From NCBI RefSeq assembly GCF_009914755.1, contig NC_060940.1: 64,000 bases of DNA; one strand, given 5' to 3'. This stretch comes from the human T2T-CHM13v2.0 reference genome, Homo sapiens. This document shows positions 54,892 to 64,000 of the stretch, piece by piece. The translations under genes and the position numbers were made by a program. Each line of letters opens with the position of its first letter. The stretch's first letter is position 1. Below the pieces are notes generated by a model. It saw nothing but the letters and a program-made list of their open reading frames with translations, made no database searches and had not been told where the DNA came from.

Positions 54892-55112
54892 AAAAATCCA
54901 AGTTAGAACTCAGAATTCAGACTCTGTCCGTGCAGTAGTTATAGACCCTTGAGTGTGATAGCTAATCCCATGAAGCCTCATCTCCCTTAGCTTTAAAATT
55001 GGGATAATATGGAAAATAGTATGGAGATTTCTCAAGGAACTAAACATAGAACTACCATTCAACCGAGCAGTACTATTACTGGGAATCTATCCAAAGAAAA
55101 AGAAATCATTAT

Positions 55113-57367
55113 TGTATTAGTCCATTTCACACTATGGATAAAGACATACCAAGACTGGGAGGTGAGATTTTGTTGGACTTACAGTTCCACATGGCTGGGG
55201 AGGCCTCAGAATCATGGTGGGAGGCGAAAGGCACTTCTTACATGGGGGTGGCAAGAGAAAATGAGAAGGATGCAAAAGCGGAAACCCCTGATAAAGCCAT
55301 CAGATCTCGTGAGACTTATTCCCTACAACAAGAACAATATGGGGGGGATCTGCTCCTGTGATTCAAATTATCTCCCACCAGATCCCTCCCACAACGGGTG
55401 AGAATTATGGGAGTACAATTCAAGATGAGATCTGGATGGAGACACAGAGCCAAACCATCTCATTCTGCCCCTGGCCCCTCTAAATCTCATGTCCTCACAT
55501 TTCAAAACCAGTCATGCCTTCCCAACAGTCCCCCAAAGTCTTAACTCATTTCAGCATTAACCCAAAAGTCCACAGTCCAAAGTCTCATCTGAGACAAGGC
55601 AAAAAATCACAAGCAAGCTGGTTAATTCCTAGATAAAATGGGGGCACAGGTATTGGATAAATACAGCCTTTCCAAAGGGGAGAAACTGGCCAAAACAAAA
55701 GGGTTACAGGGCCTATGCAAGTCTGAAATCCAGCGGGGCGGTCAAATTTTAAAACTCCAAAATGATCTCCTTTGACTCCAGGTCTCACATCCAGGTCACA
55801 CTGATGCAAGAGGTGGGTTTCCATGGCCTTGGGCAACTCCATCCCTGTGGCTTTGTAGGTATAGCCCCCCCGCCCCCCAGCTGCTTTCATGGGCTGGCAT
55901 TGAGTGTCTGCAGCTTTTCCAGATGCACAGTGCAAGCTGTCAGTGGTCTACCATTCTGGGGTCTGGAGGATGGTGGCCTTCTTCTCGCGGCTCCACTAGG
56001 CAGTGCCCCACTAGGGACTCTGTGTGGGGGCTCCAACCCCACATTTCCCCTCTGCACTGCCTTAGCAGAGATTCTCCATGTAGGCCCTGCCCCTGCAGCA
56101 AACTTCTGCCTGGGTATCCAGGTGCTTCTGTACATCTTCTGAAATCTAGGCAGAGGTTCCCAAACCTCAACTCTTGACTTCTGTGCACTCACAGACTCAA
56201 CACCATGTCGAAGCTGCCAAGGCTTGGGGCTTCCATCCTCTGAAGCCACAGCCCGAGCTGTACCTTGGCTCCTTTTAGTCGTGGCTGGAGAGGCTGGGAC
56301 TCAGGACACCAAGTCCCTAGGCTGCACACAGCAAGGGGACCCTGGGCCCAGCCCACAAAACCACTTTCTCCTCAATAGGCCTCTGGGCCTGTGCTGGGAG
56401 GGCCTGCTGTGAAGACCTCTGACATGCCCTGGAGACACTTTCCCCATTGTCCTGGGGATTAATATTGGGCTTCTTGTGCAAATTTCTGCAGCTGGCTTGA
56501 ATTTCTCCTCAGAAAATGGGTTTTTCTTTTCTATCACATTGTCAGGCTGCAAATTTTCTGAACTTTTATGCTCTGCTTCCCTTTTAAAATTGAAGGTCTT
56601 TAACCGCACCCAAATCACCTCTCGAATGCTTTGCTGCTTAGAAATTTCTTTTGTCAGATACCCTAAATCATCTCTATCAAGTTCAAAGTTCCACAAATCT
56701 CTAGGGCAGGGGCAAAATGCCTCCAGTCTCTTTCCTAAAACATAACAAGAGTCACCTTTGCTCCAGTTCCCAACAAGTTCCTCATCTCCATCTGAGACCA
56801 CATCAGCCGGGATTTCATTGTCCGTATCATTATCAGTGTTTTTGTCAAAGCCATTCAACAAGTCTCTAGGAAGTTCCAAACTTTCCCACATTTTCCTGTC
56901 TTTTTCTGAGCCCTCCAAACTGTTCCAACATATGCCTGTCACCAATTCCAAGGTCGCTTCCACATTTTGGGGTATCTTTTCAACAGCGTCCCACTCTACT
57001 GGTACCAATTTACTGTATTAGTCTGTTTTCACACTGCTGATAAAGACATACCCGAGACTGGGAAAAAAAAGAGGTTTAATTGGACTTACAGTTCCACATG
57101 ACTGGGAGGCCTCAGAATCATGGTGGGAGGTGAAAGGCACTTCTTACAGGGCGGCAGCAAGAGAAAATGAGAAAGATGCAAAAGTGGAAACCCCTGATAA
57201 AAACATCAGATCTCGTGAGACTTATTCACTACCACAAGAATAATATGGGGGAAACCAACCCCATGATTCAAATAATCTCCCATGAGGTCCTTTCCATAAC
57301 ATGTGGGAATTATGGGAGTGCAATTCAAGATGAGATTTGGGTGGGGACACAGAGCCAAACCATATCA
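55113..57367 (-). mobile_element. Full-length THE1C MaLR element (5' LTR 57014-57367, internal 55463-57013, 3' LTR 55113-55462)
   Basis: Two ~350-bp direct-repeat LTRs around THE1-int sequence. Perfect 5-bp TSD ATTAT at 55108-55112 and 57368-57372. Confidence 0.95.
56301..57008 (-). pseudogene. THE1-int MaLR ORF remnant (235 codons, non-ATG start)
   Basis: Translation (VEATLEL...MWESLELPRDLLNGFD...DEELVGNWSKGDSCY) is the characteristic MaLR internal ORF. It frameshifts out downstream. Confidence 0.7.
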
Positions 57368-57964
57368 ATTATATAAAATAGACACCTGTACCCTCATATT
57401 CATCGCAGCACTATTCACAATAGCAGTCATGGAATCAACCTAAGTATCCATCAGCGGTGAACTGCATAAAGAAAATATGGTACATATACACCATGGAATA
57501 CTCTGCAGTCATAAAAATAATGAAATCATGTCCTTTGCAGCAACATGGATGGAGCTGGAGGCCATTATCCTGAGTGAAATAATTCAGAAAGAGAAACTCA
57601 AATACTACGTGTTCTCACTTATAAGTGGGAGCTAAACAATGGATTTACATGGACATAAGGATGAAAATAATAGACACTGGGGACCCCAAAAGGAGGAAAT
57701 GTGGTGAGGAGCAAGGGTTGAAAAATTACCTGTTTGGTACAGCGTTCACTATTTGGGTGATGGGTACACTAGAAGCCCAAACTTCACCATTATGCGATAT
57801 ATCCCTGTAACAAACCTGTAGATGTATCCCCTGAATCTAAAATTTGAAAAATAAAGGTAATAATATTTCATTCTTTATAGAGTCATTATGAAGCTCAAAT
57901 AAAAGCTTTTAATACCAAACCTACCACACAGTAAGTACTCAGCAAATATTGGCAATTATTTGGG

Positions 57965-58009
<45 letters not shown>
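57965..58009. repeat. (TG)n microsatellite
   Basis: Seen directly. Confidence 0.95.
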
Positions 58010-58012
<3 letters not shown>

Positions 58013-58311
58013 TAGGAAGCTTGACTAGGATCAGGTGATTTCTGTATTAAATGCTGTCGAGCACTGACAGGTAATATAACCTTTTACAAGCCAAACCATT
58101 GGGCTCAAGTACCCAAATTCAGAGCTTCTTCCCCTCAACAGATTTTTTTTCTTTTATTGATCAACATATTGTTATTATAAAAGCCCATTTTGACTTTTCC
58201 TTACCAGTTGTTCCAATAACAGCTACAGGGTCTCTTTGTGTTTTGAACAAGTCCCCATATCTCCTAGTGCTCCTGATCTCAGTGACCATCTGACAGGGAT
58301 TTACTCTGATC

Positions 58312-58816
58312 ACAGATGGCTTCATAGGCAAGTGACCCACATCGCTTTATGAAGTCCTGCTCTCAAAAGGGCCTTGCATTTGGCTTAATGCCCTGTTGTT
58401 GACACCTTATCTTGAAATTCTTTTTGTATGTTTGGAGGTGTGGGGGAGACGGGGTCTCCATCTGTCACCCAGGCTAGAGTGCAGTGGTACAATCATAGCT
58501 TACTGCAGCCTTAATCTCCCAGGCCCAAGTGATCCTCCCACTTCAGCCTCCTAAGTAGCTGGGACTATAGGTGCATGCCACCATACCCAGGTAATTTTAA
58601 AAAGTTTTTTTTTTATAGAGATGGGGTCTCAGTATGTTACCGAGGTTGGTCTTGAACTCCTGAGCGCAAGCAATTCTCCTGCTTCTGCTTCCCAAAGTGT
58701 TATGATTATGGGTGTAAGCCACCGCACCTGGCCCTTGAAGTGTTTAATAATTTTTAAACAAGGGGCTCTGTGTTTTCATCTTGCTCTGGGACCTGCAACT
58801 GATGTTGCTGCTCCTG
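58312..58816 (+). mobile_element. MER91A split by an AluJ
   Basis: ggcttcataggc...ctcaaaagggccttgcatttggcttaatgc...cttgaaattc | taataatttttaaacaagggg...gctcctg. Confidence 0.75.
58421..58733 (-). mobile_element. AluJ
   Basis: Diverged dimer. TSD cttgaaattctt/cttgaagtgttt. Confidence 0.9.
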
Positions 58817-59066
58817 TATCAGACTTTGGTTTCTGATGCGGTATACTCTTGTTCTCTGAGCCTCCTTAAATCCCACCCCTGGAGTAGGTGTTTGCTTTCC
58901 AATCAAGTTAGAAAATTGTTGTGTGATCTCTTTTCTGAATCCTGTGGGAGAATCGCTTTACTATTTTATTCCTATGGGAAAGGCCTAGTGTCCATTTCAT
59001 TAACCCAACTCTACACACTCTTCACCTCAATCATCTTTGCTGTCTGATATCAAAACCCATTGATGA

Positions 59067-59646
<580 letters not shown>

Positions 59647-61379
59647 CCTTTGCCAGTTTTATATCTGCCCTGCGTCGTTTTGGTTTCCCTTCTATTTCTC
59701 CTTGTAATGTCAGGCTATGCCCAGTGATTGACAATTATAATTATTCCTCAGAGAGCCTCATATTAACAACAGCCACTGATCTAAGTAAGATCATTCCAAA
59801 CATCTTTATTTCCTATCCTCAAGTAGGACTTTAGCTCCTCCAAGCTTGAATTCTATACTTGCAAAGGAGAATTAAGACGAGGTTTCAAAATAATAGGTAA
59901 ACTTCCTCTCTGTATCAGCCCGAAAGCAGAGCCCCCTCTCCTCAGTAGATTTTTTTTTCTCTTCTTGATCAACATATTATTATTTTAAAAAATCCATTTT
60001 GACTTTCCCTTGCCAGAAAAGGCTCTCCAGCCTCCCTGCTGCACAGCAGGAAACTCTTTCAGACTTGCTCAGATTGGTGGGTGGAGGAGACCACAATTAT
60101 ACCCCCTTTCAATGACATGTCTGGGGTTGCAGTGACTCCAGACAAAGAAGCTGAAATGTATGAAAGTTTCCGTGTCTTCAAGACAGAACCTAAAAATACC
60201 TGCCTAAGATGCAGGTTGGGAGCTATTTCCAACAACAGGGCTCCAAGGTTTTCCCGCTGAGAGCTTGAGAGGCTCTGAATTCTTTTCAGCAGGCTGTCTA
60301 AGCTACCTGGTGATCAGGGGAGTGATGGACAAAGACCAACACGAAGGTTTAGAAGGCTCCCCTAGAAGCACCTTGGCCCCCTGTTTTCACCCTGCTGTGA
60401 TTGGCGACAGATTTCCTCACGTCTACTCTATGCTATTGTAAATAGCTAAGGACACAGCCCATGCAGAGGGCTGGGTCTTTAGGGATCAGTGTTGATGCCA
60501 TTGGTCCTATTTCAAAGAGACTTCTCTGTCATAGGGAGAATAAAGAAGAGAGAAATGTGAGTGTGTAGTAAGGGATCTTGGAGATTCTTCAAGTCACTCT
60601 TTCACCTGATGCTTGAATTATCTCTAAGGTGGTTCCTCACCCAATCGTCATACAGCCTTTGTTTTCATACTTCCTTTGATGGAGAGCTTACTACCGATGG
60701 AGGCATCACATTATTCTATCTTTGGCCACTCCCCTTTAAAACACTCTTCCTTGTTCTTGAGTCAAAATTGACCTGTCTCTAACATGTAATTAGGGGCATG
60801 GATAATTCATCTCACTCCTGTTCTACAGTTTAATATGTAGGGACTTGGAAACTTTGCTCACATGTTCCACAAATCTTGTCTGCTGTAGGCCAGTGTCTGT
60901 TTCCTTCAAGCTTTCTTTCTGTTACCTTGAGTCTAACCTCATGAGGTCTAACTCTTCTGGAAAATCCACCCAAGACCTTCTCAACTGTGGCACAAAGGTC
61001 ATACCTTCTGATATGGGCATGTGAGAGGATATTCTGGGAACATTTTAACAGTGCAAATGAGGATGAGGTTTTGCCATGAGACTCAGGGATGAACCCTGTC
61101 AACCTGAATTCTTTGAGGCATCCAGAGGTCAGCTGGGCTAACTGAATCTGGTGTTGAAATGCTGAATCTGAAATCCATATCTGGACTGTGCTCAGGAGTG
61201 TCTCTTAGCATTTTGTGATGTGCAAGGTCAGCTCCTGGTTCCAGGAAAACTCTTTGTGTGACGGTGGTAGTGCTCTTCTTCCAGAAGGGTGAGGGAGAGT
61301 CTCCTGATTGGCTGAGCAACTTGAGAGAACAGAAACATTTGTTAAAGGGAGAGCGGAGAGAATCATAGTTGTGGAGGGC

Positions 61380-61588
61380 TCCTTCTTTCTTTCTCTCTTT
61401 CTTTTTTTCTTTCTTTGTGTCATCATATTATTATCTGTCTGTCTTTCTTTTCCTTCCTTCCTCCCTCTCTCTCTTTCTTTATTTCTGTCTGCCTGCCTTT
61501 CTTTTCCTTCCTTCCATCCTTCCTTTCTCTTTCTTTCTTTCTTTTCTTTTTCCCATTTTTTCTTTGTTTCTTTTCTTTCTTTCTTTCT
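61380..61588. repeat. Pyrimidine-rich (TTTC/TTCC)n tract (expanded Alu tail)
   Basis: Seen directly. Confidence 0.9.
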
Positions 61589-61855
61589 TGACAGAGTCTC
61601 CAAGGCTGAAGAGGCTCAATCTTGACTCACTGCAGCCTCAACCTCCCTAGGCTCAGTTGATCCTCCCACCTCAGCCTTCTGAGTAGCTGGGACTACAGGC
61701 ATGCGCCACCATGCCCAGCTAATTATTGTATTTTTTGTAGAGACAGGATTTTGCCATGTTGCCCAGGCTGGTCTCTATCTCTTGGGCTCAAGTGATTTTC
61801 CCACCTAGGCGTCTCAAAGTGTTGGGATTACAGGCATGAGCCTCTGTGCCCAGCC
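61589..61855 (-). mobile_element. AluJ
   Basis: Alu reverse complement with J-type arm (ctgcagcctcaacctcc). Confidence 0.9.
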
Positions 61856-61931
61856 TGCCTGCTTGCTTGATTGCCTGCTTGCTTGCTTTCTTTTTTCTTT
61901 CTTTCTTTCTTTCTTTTTCTTTCTTTCTTTC

Positions 61932-61995
<64 letters not shown>

Positions 61996-62125
61996 TTCTT
62001 CCTTTCCTTCCTTCCTTCCTTCTTTCTTTCCCTCCCTCCCTCTCCTTCCTTCCTTCCTTCCTTCCTTCCTTTCCTTCTTTCCTTCCTTCCTTCCTTCCTT
62101 CCTTCCTTCCTTCCTTCCTTCCTTC

Positions 62126-62167
<42 letters not shown>

Positions 62168-62195
62168 CTTTTTTCTTTCCTTCTTTCTTTCTTTC
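61856..62195. repeat. Compound (CTTG)n(TTTC)n(TTCC)n(TTTC)n microsatellite
   Basis: About 340 bp. From ~61886 onward it is a pure pyrimidine strand. Confidence 0.95.
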
Positions 62196-62475
62196 TGACA
62201 GAGTCTCACTCTACCACCCAGGCTGGAGTACAGTGGTGTGATCTTGGCTCACTGCAGCCTCTGCCTCCCAGGTTCAACAATTCTCCTGCCTCAGCCTCCC
62301 GAGTAGCTGGGATTACAGGGGTGCACCACCATGCCTGGCTAATTTTTGTATTTTTAGTAGAGATGGGGTTTCATCATATTGGCCAGGCTGGTCTCGAACT
62401 CCTGACCTCAGGTGATACACCAGCCTCAGCCTCCCAAAGTGCTGACATTACGGGCATGAGCCACTGCGTCCAGGG
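62196..62475 (-). mobile_element. AluSx-like
   Basis: Full dimer whose tail is the preceding microsatellite. Confidence 0.93.
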
Positions 62476-62609
62476 CCTTCATTATTTCTTGAAAAGGATA
62501 TAAAATACCTGCATGAGCCACATTGTAAAGAAGGGGAAATAATTGCACCAAAAACCTGGACTAAAGAAAACCATGTAGTTTTGCATAAGAATAATTTCCT
62601 TTTTTATTT

Positions 62610-63235
62610 TTTTGTGAACTTTTCTTTTTAAAAAATACTTTTTAATTCAAAAGTTTTCAAATCCACAGTAAGGTTGAAAACGTAATATAATAAATGACCA
62701 TATATCTTCATCTAGATTCACCAGTTGTTACCATCTTACTATAAACTACATCTCTTCTATACATACACACACTCTCTCTCTTTCTGTCTCCAAAAATAAT
62801 TAGTAGACATCATGATATGTCCCTCCCATTAAATACTTTATCTGGCATCACCCAAGGAGAAGGACATTCTCCTCCTCAACCAGAACACCATTATCAAAGC
62901 TAAGAAAATCATTAATTCAATAATGTCATCAACATACATTCCTTATTCAAGTTTCAACATTTTCAAAAGAAAGTTGTTTGGGTTTTTTTTTAATCCTGGT
63001 TTAATCAAATTCCTTGCATTTCATTGATTGTTACGTGTTTTTGTTTCTCCCAATCCAGACAAATCCCACCACTTCCCTTTGGTTTTCAGCACATTGTGTC
63101 CTTTGAAAAGCCCTTGCCAGGGTTTTGCAGAACAAGCCACATTCTGGATTTGTCTGGCCATTTTCTCCCAGTTAGATTCAGGTTAAACATTTCTTTTGCA
63201 AGAACACAGTTCCCTCCCACAGCATCACACCAGGA
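62610..63235 (-). mobile_element. Old L1 (L1MC/L1ME) 3' fragment
   Basis: catctagattcaccagttgtta...aaggacattctcctcctcaaccagaacaccattatca...gttagattcaggttaaacattt. Confidence 0.75.
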
Positions 63236-63897
63236 ATGTTATTGGTTTCCTTTTTTTAAGAACCTCTTAATGCCTGCTCTTCCCTGTCCCACCAGCACAA
63301 CAGCAGCAATGACCACGACACCCACAACACAGCACCCATTTAGAAGATGAGAGAAGATGGTTCTTTGTGGGCAATCCCAATAGAATTGAGAAGATTTTGA
63401 AAAGGTGGTAAATAAGGTGACTCTAAATGGGTTGTAAAAAGCATGCATTTACCGACAGAGTAGCTCCAAATTATCTGATCTGATTTTTAGTTACACTTAA
63501 GGGTAAAAAAAGAATGGACTTGGGTATTTTACATGTAACATCAGATGTCTTGTAAAAATCTAATGTCTTAGAGATTTTGAGTAAAACTGAAATGTCCTTA
63601 TGATTAATGAACTGTCCATATGACTGTGGCAACTGGTTGCCATCAGCTCCTCAGTCTTCCTCAACATCTCCCCAGCTGTTCTGGAGACTCTTAAGGCAGG
63701 TGGTGTCTACCAGGTGATTTAGAATGACTCTACTCATGGGCTTTCACTCTGAACCTCTTGTCAAACCTTGGCCACAGCTGCCCCTACAAGGACCCCACTG
63801 CCCGAGCTTCCTGCCCTCAGTCGTGCACTCTGCAATCTGTTCTCTGAATCAACCCAGTCAATGATGGACCTTTCAAAGTCTCTCAGGAGTATAGTTC

Positions 63898-64000
63898 TTT
63901 TTTTTTTTGAGATAGAGTCTCACTTTGTTGCCCAGGCTGGAGTGCAGTGGCACAATCTCGGCTCACTGCAACCTCTGCTTCCCGGGTTCAAGTAATTCCC
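63898..64000 (-). mobile_element. Alu (partial, runs off the window)
   Basis: Poly(T) followed by gagatagagtctcactttgttgcccaggctggagtgcagtgg. Confidence 0.92.

Larger units (their letters stand above)
55008..57856 (+). mobile_element. L1PB (L1PB3/4-like) 3' end split by THE1C (55008-55112 and 57368-57856)
   Basis: atggaaaatagtatggagatttctcaaggaactaaa...gaaatcattat | ...gggtgatgggtacactagaagcccaaacttcacc...cccctgaatctaaaat. Confidence 0.88.

Noticed and set aside
61205-62503. Long K/E/R-rich and F/L/S-rich ORFs (up to 210 aa)
   Set aside because: They are translations of stop-free microsatellites plus Alu sequence.

Overview
This 64 kb window is primate, very probably human, non-coding genomic DNA: it carries AluY/S/J, L1PA3, THE1 and MADE1 elements. 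I find no host protein-coding gene, tRNA/rRNA gene or CRISPR array. The only ORFs with recognisable products come from transposons: the broken ORF2 of a 5'-truncated L1PA3 (5.5-8.3 kb) and the internal ORF of a full-length THE1C MaLR element (55.1-57.4 kb). Roughly half the window is interspersed repeat, often nested up to four levels deep with readable target-site duplications (TSDs). Several TE-free, motif-rich blocks look like conserved non-coding elements or enhancers. The most unusual structure is at 25.2-25.43 kb: a 41-bp-arm inverted repeat whose four mismatches are all G.U-compatible on the + strand, with a third, competing copy of the arm upstream, lying next to the best enhancer-like block. 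Other oddities are a poly(A)-only insertion with a 15-17 bp TSD (45.36 kb), a probable short L1 3' transduction (8.3 kb), a collapsed 55-bp MER53 hairpin (17.4 kb) and a diverged ~90-bp non-TE duplication ending in splice-acceptor-like motifs (58.1/59.9 kb). I cannot support a new gene system here. Repeat subfamily names are from remembered consensus sequences, and boundaries of old repeats are approximate.
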